Assembly (NCBI GenBank): GCA_965222075.1 | Contig: OZ244937.1 | Location: 1,792,001-1,856,000, forward strand | Direction: 5' to 3' | Source: Candidatus Latescibacterota bacterium | GTDB taxonomy: Bacteria > Latescibacterota > UBA2968 > GCA-2709665 | Length of the DNA: 64,000 nucleotides | In this document: piece by piece, positions 40,254-50,474 of the stretch | How the letters are laid out: every line of letters starts with the position of its first letter | How positions within the stretch are numbered: the first letter of the stretch is position 1 | Made by a program: the position numbers and the translations under genes | The notes under the pieces: model-generated | What the model was told of the DNA's origin: nothing | The model's database searches: none | The model's input: the letters and a program-made list of their open reading frames with translations, nothing else

Positions 40254-41354
40254 ATGCCGAAACTTTTCGGACACACCTACAGCAAAAAGCAGCTCCTGGA
40301 ACGCGTGGGCGACATGACCCAGCTTGCGGGCGCCCGGCGGGCCGAACTGGTAGAAGGCAACGAACGGGGCGCGGACCTGATCGAAGTCTTCAACGCCTCC
40401 GGGCTCTGCTTCTCGGTTCTGCCCGGCCGTGCCTTAGACATCGCCTCTGCCCATTACAAGGGCATGTCCCTGTGCTTCCGCAGCAGCACCGGCGATGTGG
40501 GTCCGGCCTTCTACGAACCGGAGGGCTACGCCTGGACCCGCGGGTTCTTCGGCGGCCTGGTCGTCAGCTGCGGCCTGATCTTCACCGGCCATCCCGAAGT
40601 GGACCCCGAAGAAGAAAACGAGGAACTCGGCCTCCACGGCCGTCTGTCCTACATCCCGGCCAAAAGCGTCGTGGCCGAATCGGGCTGGGAAGACAAGGAT
40701 TACGTGGTAAAGATAAGCGGCAAAATCCGCGAAACCGTGGTCTTTGGCACCAACCTGGAACTCACCCGGGAAATCTCCACCGTGCTGGGCGAAAAATCCC
40801 TGCGCATCTACGACCGGATCGAAAACCTCAGCCTGGACCCCTCTCCGCTGATGTTCGTCTACCACACCAACCCCGGCTTCCCCGTCCTGGACGCCGACGC
40901 ACGCGTGGTGCTCAACAGCAGCAAGACCACCGAATGGCTCGAAGACCGGGAAGTCGGCCCCGAAACCTACACCACCGCCCCACCCCCCCGGAAAAACGCC
41001 CACGACGACGTCTACATCCACCGCCCCATCCCCGATGAGCACGGCACCGTTCACGTGGGCCTGATCAACGACCGCCTGGGACTCGGCCTCTACTGGAAAT
41101 TCCCCTTCAAGGAAATGCCCGTCATCACCCACTGGCAGCACTTCCACCGGGGCACCTACGTCACCGGCATCGAGCCCGGCAACGTCAGCATGCTCGGCCG
41201 CGCCTGGAACCGCCAGCACGGCTACCTGAAACACATCCGGCCCGGTGAAGTCCGGGAATTCCACCTGGAAATCGGTGTGCTCGAAGGCGAGCGGGAAATC
41301 CGCGCCTTCGAACGCCGGGTCCGTCAGGGCGTCAAAAAAAGAACAAAAAAATGA
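40254..41354 (+). CDS. Aldose 1-epimerase family (DUF4432) protein
   Basis: VLPGRALDI, GLHGR, MFVYHTNPGFP, GIEPG. Confidence 0.82.
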   Translation: MPKLFGHTYSKKQLLERVGDMTQLAGARRAELVEGNERGADLIEVFNASGLCFSVLPGRALDIASAHYKGMSLCFRSSTGDVGPAFYEPEGYAWTRGFFGGLVVSCGLIFTGHPEVDPEEENEELGLHGRLSYIPAKSVVAESGWEDKDYVVKISGKIRETVVFGTNLELTREISTVLGEKSLRIYDRIENLSLDPSPLMFVYHTNPGFPVLDADARVVLNSSKTTEWLEDREVGPETYTTAPPPRKNAHDDVYIHRPIPDEHGTVHVGLINDRLGLGLYWKFPFKEMPVITHWQHFHRGTYVTGIEPGNVSMLGRAWNRQHGYLKHIRPGEVREFHLEIGVLEGEREIRAFERRVRQGVKKRTKK

Positions 41355-41359
41355 CTCCC

Positions 41360-42253
41360 TTAAGGACCTTCGGCACTGTACCGGGCGTATAACCCGTCCA
41401 GGTCCACCGCCTGCGCATCTCCCCGGTGCACGACCAGGCGGTAGCGCAGGGTAAGCGGGGTCTGCAGCGCAACGGACTGGGGGCCGGGGTAAACCGGGTT
41501 TTGCATACTCCCTTTTCGCCTCAAAATCCAGGGCTGGGGAAACCCCGGCAGGGAGGGGTGGCAGAGGATGGCCAGGCCGCTCACCCGGTCCTGCTCGCCA
41601 AAAGAACCCGAGAAATCCAGCCAGGGCCCTGCCTCTACGGGCTGCCTTGCCGGCGCTACCGCGCCCTCACAGCCGGTAATCCGGACATCCTCCGGCAGCC
41701 GGATCCGGGGCGAAAAGCCCCCGTAGCCTTTATCGTCTTCGGACCCGCCAATGCGAACCCCGTCCTCCAGAGGAATCAGGCAGATCTCGAAATCTATTTC
41801 ACGGACATCCCCCGACGCCCGATAGACCCGGATCACCACCTCCTCCTTCACAAACGGCTTTTGCACGCCTCCGGCATCGGTCCAGTGCGGGGACATCCAC
41901 ACAACCTGGACCTCCAGGGCGGAGGATTGGGAATCGGCAGCGATGACCTTTGCGTCCTGCACATCCCAGGTGAACGCTTTCAGAATCCAGGCATCGCCCA
42001 TCCTCCTGTCCCCCACCCACACCTGGTGCCAGGCCCAGAAAATCCCGCATTGGTGCCGGTGGTCAGCAGGCGATTCCTCCGTCAGGATCTCTCCATCCGG
42101 ACCGTAGAGGGGATGGATATAATGCGACCGCGAATGCGTTTCGTCAAAGGTTTTAAGCTCACGCCGATAGAACAACACGTCTTCTCCGCCTTCCATAACG
42201 GCGAAGCCCCCCTCGGCGGGAACGATGTCTACAGCCGGGGAATAGGATTTCAT
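41360..42253 (-). CDS. PmoA-like/DUF6807 family protein
   Basis: YIHPLYGPDGEILTE..PADHRHQCGIFWAW, KGYGGF. Confidence 0.7.
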   Translation of the reverse strand: MKSYSPAVDIVPAEGGFAVMEGGEDVLFYRRELKTFDETHSRSHYIHPLYGPDGEILTEESPADHRHQCGIFWAWHQVWVGDRRMGDAWILKAFTWDVQDAKVIAADSQSSALEVQVVWMSPHWTDAGGVQKPFVKEEVVIRVYRASGDVREIDFEICLIPLEDGVRIGGSEDDKGYGGFSPRIRLPEDVRITGCEGAVAPARQPVEAGPWLDFSGSFGEQDRVSGLAILCHPSLPGFPQPWILRRKGSMQNPVYPGPQSVALQTPLTLRYRLVVHRGDAQAVDLDGLYARYSAEGP

Positions 42254-42363
42254 CTCTCACCTCCTGGATAAATGAAGTTTCCGATATAAGTGACAAGATA
42301 AACCTTAGGTGCGCCCACATCAAGCCTTCTGACACCGGCCTCTGAGAGGACTGCCCCATCGCC

Positions 42364-42747
42364 ATGGCCGCCTCCGAAGACCTCCTCTTCGTCTACGGCA
42401 CCCTGCGCCGGGCCGGGCGCAATCCGATCGTCCGCATGCCGGACCACAGGGCCGACTTCATCGGTGTCGGGACCTTCAGAGGCAAACTCTACGACCTCGG
42501 CTCTTACCCAGGGGCTGTGCCCTCGACCGATGCGGCCGACCGCGTCACCGGCGAAGTCTACGCCCTGCACGATCCCGATAGGGCCTTCCCCATCCTGGAC
42601 AGCTATGAAACCAGCGAATACAGCCGGGAAAAACACCTGATCAGGCTGGAAAACGGGGATACCGTCCAGGCCTGGATCTACATCTACATCGCTCCCACGG
42701 ACACCTTCAGGCGCATCGAATCGGGGGACTATCCGGACGCGGAATAG
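42364..42747 (+). CDS. Gamma-glutamylcyclotransferase family protein
   Basis: LFVYGTLRR, YPG, GEVY, LDSYE, AWIY, SGDY. Confidence 0.88.
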   Translation: MAASEDLLFVYGTLRRAGRNPIVRMPDHRADFIGVGTFRGKLYDLGSYPGAVPSTDAADRVTGEVYALHDPDRAFPILDSYETSEYSREKHLIRLENGDTVQAWIYIYIAPTDTFRRIESGDYPDAE

Positions 42748-42773
42748 TCCGCACTATCTCACACCAAACGAAA

Positions 42774-42802
42774 CAGCCCCGCAAGCGTTTCCTGCGGGGC
42801 TG
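42774..42802. terminator. GC hairpin, putative terminator
   Basis: CAGCCCCGCA...TGCGGGGCTG downstream of the GGCT gene. Confidence 0.45.
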
Positions 42803-42822
42803 AACTTGACAAAAAAACCACC

Positions 42823-42851
42823 TTGACTTTGGTTCGGTGCAGCCTTATATT
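42823..42851 (+). promoter_or_regulatory. Sigma70 promoter for the ABC operon leader
   Basis: TTGACT-17 bp-TATATT. Confidence 0.6.
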
Positions 42852-43022
42852 TCTTATGTGTTCCGAAATTAAATACCCAAATGGCCAAAACAGGAGATAG
42901 TTTACTTATAAGCTCTTGAAAATGATAAACATGAAATTGCCAACCCAGGCCTCCCGGGAGAGACCAAAGTGCCCTGGAGGCTAAAAATACCTTTCAAAGG
43001 CCAGATCCGGTTGCCGGCTATC

Positions 43023-43062
43023 GCCCGTTGTCGAGATTATCTCGATAACGGGCTTTTTGTTT
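43023..43062 (+). terminator. Intrinsic terminator in the 5' leader (attenuator)
   Basis: GCCCGTTGTCGAGA-TTA-TCTCGATAACGGGC followed by TTTTTGTTT, about 50 nt before the ABC ATG. Confidence 0.75.
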
Positions 43063-43108
43063 GTCTCCAGCGCCTGCCCTGCTCACCCTCCACAAAGGAG
43101 ACCGGTAA

Positions 43109-44092
43109 ATGTCCCACATCCTCGTCGAGAACCTCGTAAAAACCTTCCGCATCGCCCAGCGGAAGCCCGGCATGTGGGGCGCGCTCAGGGGCGTGGTCCA
43201 CCGCCGCTACCGCACCGTCAGCGCGCTGGATGGGATCTCCTTCTCCATCCAACCGGGCGAACTCGTCGGCTACATCGGCCCCAACGGCGCGGGCAAGTCC
43301 ACCACCGTGAAGGTCCTCTCCGGCATCCTCGTGCCCGATTCGGGCCGCTGTGAAATCCTGGGCCGCGTCCCCTGGAAGGAGCGCATCGCCCACGTCCGGG
43401 ACATCGGCGTCGTCTTCGGACAGCGCACCCAGCTCTGGTGGGACCTGCCCGTCATCGAATCCTTCGACCTGCTCCGGGACATCTACCGCGTCCCCCGGCA
43501 GGACTACGTCCCCACCCGCGACGAACTCATCGCCCTGCTCGACCTGCACCCGCTCTTAGACACCCCGGTGCGCCAGCTCTCCCTGGGCCAGCGCATGCGC
43601 TGCGACTTAGCCGCGGCCCTGCTCCATTCTCCGCCCCTGCTCTTCCTGGACGAGCCCACCATCGGCCTGGACGCCGTCTCCAAGCTCGCGGTCCGGGACT
43701 TCGTCAAACGCCTCAACCGGGAGCGGGGCGTTACCGTCATCCTCACTACCCACGACATGGACGACATCGAAGCCCTCTGCACCCGCGTCATGGTCATCGG
43801 CCAGGGCCGCATCCTCTCCGACGGCACCTTAGAGGACCTGAGAGCCCGCGTCACCCGGGAGCGGCGCCTCACCGTGGACCTGGTCGATGAAACCGAAACC
43901 GTCACCGATCCGGACGCCGCCGTGGTCAGCCGGGACGGGCACCGCGTTCACCTCAGCTTCGACCCCGAACGTGTGTCTGCCGCAACCCTCATTGGTCGCA
44001 TCACCGCCCGGCACCCCGTCCGGGACCTCTTTGTGGAAAACCCGCCCATCGAAGAAATCATCGCCCGGATGTACGGACAGGAGCAGCTATGA
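43109..44092 (+). CDS. ABC transporter ATP-binding protein (drug-efflux-like)
   Basis: GPNGAGKST, VFGQRTQLWWDLP, LSLGQRMR, DEPTIGLD. Confidence 0.92.
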   Translation: MSHILVENLVKTFRIAQRKPGMWGALRGVVHRRYRTVSALDGISFSIQPGELVGYIGPNGAGKSTTVKVLSGILVPDSGRCEILGRVPWKERIAHVRDIGVVFGQRTQLWWDLPVIESFDLLRDIYRVPRQDYVPTRDELIALLDLHPLLDTPVRQLSLGQRMRCDLAAALLHSPPLLFLDEPTIGLDAVSKLAVRDFVKRLNRERGVTVILTTHDMDDIEALCTRVMVIGQGRILSDGTLEDLRARVTRERRLTVDLVDETETVTDPDAAVVSRDGHRVHLSFDPERVSAATLIGRITARHPVRDLFVENPPIEEIIARMYGQEQL

Positions 44093-44880
44093 AAGCCTAC
44101 GCAGCCGTGATCAGCGCCCGATTCCGGATGCTGCTGCAATACCGGGTGGCGGCCCTGGCAGGACTGGGCACCCAGGTATTCTGGGGCCTGATCCGCATGA
44201 TGATCTTCACCGCCTTCTACCACTCCACCACGGCCCCCCAGCCGATGGGCCTTGCGGACGTCATCACCTACATCTGGCTGGGCCAGGCGCTGCTGGGCAT
44301 GCTGCCCTGGATCATCGACCGGGAAATGCGCGCGATGATCCAGTCGGGCCTGGTGGCCTACGAACTCGTCCGGCCCCTGGACCTGTACACCTTCTGGTTC
44401 TGCCGGGACCTCGCCAGGCGAACCGCCCCTACCCTGCTGCGGGCGGTCCCGATGTTCCTCATCGCCTGGCTTTTCTTCGGCCTTCAACTCCCGGCCTCCT
44501 GGGCGTCTGCCGGCGCGTGGGCCGTCGCAACCCTCGGCGCTCTGGTCCTTGGCACCGCGATTGCAACTCTGCTCAACATCTCCATGCTCTGGACGGTCTC
44601 GGGCCAGGGCATCTCCACGCTGATGGTCGCCGCCGTCTCGATCTTCTCCGGCATGTATGTCCCTCTGCCCTTTTTTCCCGCCTGGGCGCAAACCGTCCTG
44701 GACATCCTGCCCTTCCGCGGCCTCATGGATGTGCCCTTCCGTCTCTACATCGGCCACATCCCACCCTCGGAAGTCCTCCCCCTTTTCGCCCACCAGCTGG
44801 TCTGGACCCTCGGCTTGATCGCCCTGGGCCGCCTTCTGCTCGCCCGGGGAACCCGCCGGCTCGTCATCCAGGGAGGATAA
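44089..44880 (+). CDS. ABC-2 family (DUF990-type) permease
   Basis: QYR, IQSGLVAYELVRP, SGMYVPLPFFP, VIQGG end. Confidence 0.85.
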   Translation: MKAYAAVISARFRMLLQYRVAALAGLGTQVFWGLIRMMIFTAFYHSTTAPQPMGLADVITYIWLGQALLGMLPWIIDREMRAMIQSGLVAYELVRPLDLYTFWFCRDLARRTAPTLLRAVPMFLIAWLFFGLQLPASWASAGAWAVATLGALVLGTAIATLLNISMLWTVSGQGISTLMVAAVSIFSGMYVPLPFFPAWAQTVLDILPFRGLMDVPFRLYIGHIPPSEVLPLFAHQLVWTLGLIALGRLLLARGTRRLVIQGG

Positions 44881-44884
44881 CACG

Positions 44885-45688
44885 ATGCGCAACGCCCTGC
44901 GTCTCTACTTTCGCTACATCGGTATCTCCCTCCGGGGCCAGATGCAGTACCGGGCCTCGTTCGTCATGCTAAATGCGGGATATTTTTTGATGACCGGCCT
45001 GGATTTTGTCGCCCTCTGGGTGCTGTTCAACCACTTCGGCAACATCCGGGGCTGGACCCTGCCCGAAGTCGCCCTGCTCTACGGCATGGTCAACATCGCC
45101 TTCGCCGTTGCCAACGCCATTGCCCGGGGCTTTGACAGCTTCGGGACCATGGTCAGAGCCGGTGACTTCGACCGCCTCCTGCTGCGCCCCCGCAGTACCG
45201 TCCTGCAGCTGGTGGGCCAGGAATTCCAGCTCCTGCGAATCGGCCGGCTGCTCCAGGCCCTCACCGTGCTCCTCTGGGCGCAGTACGCGCTGGAGGTCGC
45301 CTGGTCTGCCGCCACAGTCGCCCTCGCAACGTTCGCCATTCTGGGCGGCGTCTGCCTCTTTGTCGGCCTCCTCGTCCTCCAGGCCACCCTCGCCTTCTGG
45401 ACCACCGAAGGCCTGGAAATCGCCAACGCCCTCACCAACGGCGGCACCGAAACCGCCCAGTTCCCCCTGGTGATTTACCCAGGGTGGTTCCGCCGCTTCT
45501 TCACCTACGTCGTCCCCCTGGCCGGCGTCACCTACTTCCCTGCCCTGGCCATCCTGGACCGTCCCGACCCCCTCGGCTCCCCCACCTGGTTGCAGTGGCT
45601 CTCCCCCACCGCGGGCGCGGCCTTCCTCCTGATCTCCCTCCAGGTCTGGAAGGTCGGCGTCCGCCACTACCGTTCCACCGGAAGCTAA
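44885..45688 (+). CDS. ABC-2 family (DUF990-type) permease
   Basis: QYRASF, VRAGDFDRLLLRP, FPLVIYP, YRSTGS end. Confidence 0.85.
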   Translation: MRNALRLYFRYIGISLRGQMQYRASFVMLNAGYFLMTGLDFVALWVLFNHFGNIRGWTLPEVALLYGMVNIAFAVANAIARGFDSFGTMVRAGDFDRLLLRPRSTVLQLVGQEFQLLRIGRLLQALTVLLWAQYALEVAWSAATVALATFAILGGVCLFVGLLVLQATLAFWTTEGLEIANALTNGGTETAQFPLVIYPGWFRRFFTYVVPLAGVTYFPALAILDRPDPLGSPTWLQWLSPTAGAAFLLISLQVWKVGVRHYRSTGS

Positions 45689-45711
45689 GCGCTGGCTCCG
45701 GGCCTTCACCC

Positions 45712-45740
45712 TTGCATTCCCGGACCGAATCCGATATCTT
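45712..45740 (+). promoter_or_regulatory. Putative promoter of hsdM
   Basis: TTGCAT-17 bp-TATCTT; SD GGAGG before TTG 45798. Confidence 0.4.
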
Positions 45741-45797
45741 GTCGGCGTGTAACCACCGTCGGTCTGGCAGAAACCGCGTGCCGGGGAGGAGAGACCA

Positions 45798-47366
<1,569 letters not shown>

Positions 47367-47380
47367 TGGTGACGGTCCAC

Positions 47381-47460
47381 TCGAACTTGATCGAAGCGCT
47401 GTCGCTTCTCGTGGCAGCACCTGCTCGGGATTTTCAAGCACCGATTCGAGAAGATGGAGG
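47381..47460 (+). pseudogene. 80 bp remnant of the AAA ATPase gene (copy of 48584-48663)
   Basis: 7 mismatches in 80 nt by manual alignment. Confidence 0.85.
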
Positions 47461-47504
47461 TGAAAGAAAGACGGTTCGCGAACTATTTTTGATCAACTGA
47501 AGTC

Positions 47505-47540
47505 TTGACACCGGCCAATTAAGTAATTACTATAATTACA
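47505..47540 (+). promoter_or_regulatory. TA promoter with TAATTAC repeats (likely autoregulatory operator)
   Basis: TTGACA-17 bp-TACTAT overlapping GTAATTACTATAATTAC. Confidence 0.55.
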
Positions 47541-47580
47541 ATCCTTCTGCTCAGGGGAAATTCCAACAAAGGGTAACGCA

Positions 47581-47823
47581 ATGGCAACCAGAGATGTCAA
47601 ACTGATCGCCATCGGCAACTCCAGGGGCATCCGTCTCCCAAAGGTCCTGCTACAGAAATACGGCTGGGGTGACACCCTTGTCCTGGAAGAAACGGAAGAA
47701 GGCGTCTTTCTGTATAGCAAAGAAAGGAATAAGCTATCCTGGAAAGAGACCTACCGCGCCATGGCCGCCGACAGTGAAAACTGGAGCGATCTCGACGCGA
47801 CGGTCGCCGATGGTCTGGATTGA
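47581..47823 (+). CDS. AbrB/MazE-family antitoxin
   Basis: IAIGNSRGIRLPK. Confidence 0.88.
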   Translation: MATRDVKLIAIGNSRGIRLPKVLLQKYGWGDTLVLEETEEGVFLYSKERNKLSWKETYRAMAADSENWSDLDATVADGLD

Positions 47824-48155
47824 TGTCGGCCTTTCCCAGGCGATACGCGATCTACTCTGCCGACCTCAATCCCACCGTGGGTGGAGAGATCCGCAAAGTG
47901 CGCCCGGTTGTGGTGGTCAGTCAGAATGAGATGAATCAGTTTCTGGATACGGTTGTCGTCTGTCCCCTCACCTCCACGTTGCATCCTCAGTGGCGGACCC
48001 GGATGCAGATCCAATGCGCGGGTAAGGAGGCTGAAATTGCCGTGGACCAGATCCGCCCCATCAGCAAGCAGCGACTGAGGCGCCGGATCGACCGACTGTC
48101 CGCCGAGGAAGCGGCCCAGCTCCGACGCCTTATCACGGAGATGTACGGGGAATAG
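47820..48155 (+). CDS. PemK/MazF-family endoribonuclease toxin
   Basis: DLNPTVGGEIRKVRPVVVVS, PLTS, DQIRPISKQRL. Confidence 0.9.
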   Translation: MMSAFPRRYAIYSADLNPTVGGEIRKVRPVVVVSQNEMNQFLDTVVVCPLTSTLHPQWRTRMQIQCAGKEAEIAVDQIRPISKQRLRRRIDRLSAEEAAQLRRLITEMYGE

Positions 48156-48174
48156 CGATTACCACCGCGCTTTC

Positions 48175-48360
48175 GTGCAGTTGCGGCGGATGCTCGCCGT
48201 CTTGCGTGACGACTGGACCGGATGGTGCCGGTTTTTCCTGGAAGCGGTGCGGGTGCAGACCCAGGACAACCTGTTCGTGGGATGCCGTCGTTCGACTCCG
48301 GAGGAAGCATGCAAGGTCAACGCGGCAATTGAAGCAAACCTGGGGAGAATTAGAGATTGG
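48175..48360 (+). pseudogene. Mosaic remnant: Fic-like fragment plus degenerate hsdM 3' end
   Basis: LAVLRDDWTGWCRFFLEAVRVQ resembles the Fic C-terminal helix; EEACKVNAAIEANLGRI resembles the HsdM end [16 protein letters not shown]. Confidence 0.55.
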
Positions 48361-48460
48361 CATTGAGGCTCAAATGATTTGGTCGATACAGTGACAATCC
48401 GGATTACGGTAGAGATACTATTTTCTATTGGCACTGAAAGGAACCTGGGGAGAGCACACT

Positions 48461-49657
48461 ATGGAAGGCAAGAGGTTTATTCGAACGATCCGGCTGGATA
48501 ACATACTATCCTACGGTTCCTGGGACGCGGAGTTCCATCTGGAGCCGTTGAACGTTCTCATTGGCCCTAACGCTTCCGGAAAGTCGAACTTGATCGAAGT
48601 GCTGTCGCTTCTCGCAGCAGCACCTACTCGGGATCTTCAAGCACCGATTCGAGAAGGTGGGGGCGTTCGCGATTGGCTATGGAAGGGTGCCACCCGACTC
48701 GCCACGGCAACCGTGGACGTGACCGTCGAGTACCACGGGGAACAGCCGCTCAGGTATCGACTGTCGTTCACAGAGAGCAGGGCGCGTTTCGAACTCAGGG
48801 ACGAGGCCGTCGAGAACGAGAAGCCAACGCCAGGCAACGAAGACCCGTATATTTACTACCGATACCAGGAAGGCCGTCCGGTGCTCAACGTCTTCACGCA
48901 GGAGGAGTCCCGATTTCATCGGCGCCTCACGCGTGAAGACGTGCATCCCGAGCAGTCGATTTTGTCTCAACGCCGCGACCCCGACTCCTATCCGGAATTG
49001 ACCTATTTGGCTGGCAGATTCGAGCGTATGCGCTTCTACCGCGAGTGGAACCTCGGGCGCTCCACGCCGCCCCGCCTTCCGCAGCAGGCCGACCTCCCAC
49101 AGGACAGCCTACTGGAGGACGCCTCGAATCTCGGCTTAGTGCTAAGCATTTTGTTAAATCAACCGCCTGTCAAGCGCCAAATTCTGGATCACTTGACGAT
49201 CTTCCATCCGTCGGTCGAGGATATTCTCGCCACAATAAACAGCAGTACGGTGCAGTTATTCTTACACGAAGAAGGCTTGCATCATCCCGTGCCTGCCACC
49301 CGGCTTTCTGACGGGACTCTGCGTTATCTCTGCCTGCTTGCCGTGCTCTGCCATCCCAATCCGCCGCCAGTCATCTGCATTGAGGAGCCGGAACTCGGCC
49401 TGCATCCGGATGTGATCCCGGAGGTGGCGACGCTTCTGATCAAGGCGTCGTCGCGTAGCCAACTTTTCGTCACGACACACTCCGACATTCTCATAGATGC
49501 GCTCACGGATACCCCGGAGGCCGTGATTGTCTGCGAGAATCGCAACGGAGCGACGCAACTCCGTCGGCTGGACGCCGAGGAACTCGAGCCCTGGCTCGAG
49601 AAATACCGGCTTGGGGAGCTTTGGATACGGGGAGATATAGGAGGGAATCGCTGGTGA
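48461..49657 (+). CDS. AAA_21/AAA_15 (OLD-like ABC) ATPase
   Basis: GPNASGKSN, LSDGTLR, IEEPELGLHP, VTTHS. Confidence 0.9.
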   Translation: MEGKRFIRTIRLDNILSYGSWDAEFHLEPLNVLIGPNASGKSNLIEVLSLLAAAPTRDLQAPIREGGGVRDWLWKGATRLATATVDVTVEYHGEQPLRYRLSFTESRARFELRDEAVENEKPTPGNEDPYIYYRYQEGRPVLNVFTQEESRFHRRLTREDVHPEQSILSQRRDPDSYPELTYLAGRFERMRFYREWNLGRSTPPRLPQQADLPQDSLLEDASNLGLVLSILLNQPPVKRQILDHLTIFHPSVEDILATINSSTVQLFLHEEGLHHPVPATRLSDGTLRYLCLLAVLCHPNPPPVICIEEPELGLHPDVIPEVATLLIKASSRSQLFVTTHSDILIDALTDTPEAVIVCENRNGATQLRRLDAEELEPWLEKYRLGELWIRGDIGGNRW

Positions 49658-50334
49658 GCATCAAGCTCTACGTGGAAGGAGGAGGCAGTAGTAAGGCCCT
49701 CAAAAGGGCGTGCCGCAAAGGCTTTCGCATTTTCATCGAGAAAGCCGGGTTGCAAGGAAGGATGCCCAAGATTGTGGCCTCCGGCAGTCGCAAAAACGCC
49801 TATGAGGACTTCGAGAAAAAACATGACCATGCCGCCCATGAAGATGTAAGCGCTCTGCTCTTGGTGGACGCTGAGGGGCCGGTAGGGGAAGCGGAGCCGT
49901 GGCAGCATCTCAAAGACCGTGATGGCTGGAATCGCCCTGACGGCGCAACCGACGACCAATGCCACCTCATGGTTGAGGTTATGGAAACTTGGTTTCTGGC
50001 TGATCGTAGGGCGCTCAGGGTATTTTATGGGCAGGGCTACAGGGAAAACGCGCTCCCTCCGAATCCGCAGGTCGAACAGATTCCCAAACAGGATGTCCTC
50101 AACGGACTTGACAGGGCCGCCAACGGTACGACAAAAGGGAGCTATGACAAGGGATCGCACAGTTACGAGATCCTGGCGAAAATAGACCCGGAGAAAGTCA
50201 AGAACGTGTCGCCCTATGCAAATCGCTTGATCGAGACACTTTTCAAGTTTGGGGGAAGTGAGGCTCCAGAGGATAAAGATTCCGTGAGCGGGAAACCAGT
50301 GGATAGATCGGGCCGGAGGGATCGTCTGGGGTAA
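49654..50334 (+). CDS. DUF4276-family (TOPRIM-like) protein, partner of the ATPase
   Basis: LYVEGG, LLVDAE, VMETWFLAD, YDKG; GTG overlaps the ATPase stop. Confidence 0.8.
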   Translation: MSIKLYVEGGGSSKALKRACRKGFRIFIEKAGLQGRMPKIVASGSRKNAYEDFEKKHDHAAHEDVSALLLVDAEGPVGEAEPWQHLKDRDGWNRPDGATDDQCHLMVEVMETWFLADRRALRVFYGQGYRENALPPNPQVEQIPKQDVLNGLDRAANGTTKGSYDKGSHSYEILAKIDPEKVKNVSPYANRLIETLFKFGGSEAPEDKDSVSGKPVDRSGRRDRLG

Positions 50335-50452
50335 GGATGCCAAACTGTGTGCGGAGGCTCTATATATACAAGTTACCGGCAAGTCCATTGAACAAATGAT
50401 GCCGGGTGCACGGGCTCTGTTGGAAGGTGCCCGAACTCTGCCGATTCTACGC
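50305..50452 (+). pseudogene. Remnant of a DUF2442-DUF4160 gene junction
   Basis: IVWGKDAKLCAEALYIQVTGKSIEQMMPG plus VPELCRFY, matching [29 protein letters not shown] / MPEICRFY at 53475-53605. Confidence 0.75.
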
Positions 50453-50474
50453 AACCTGGATTTGGAGACCAGCG

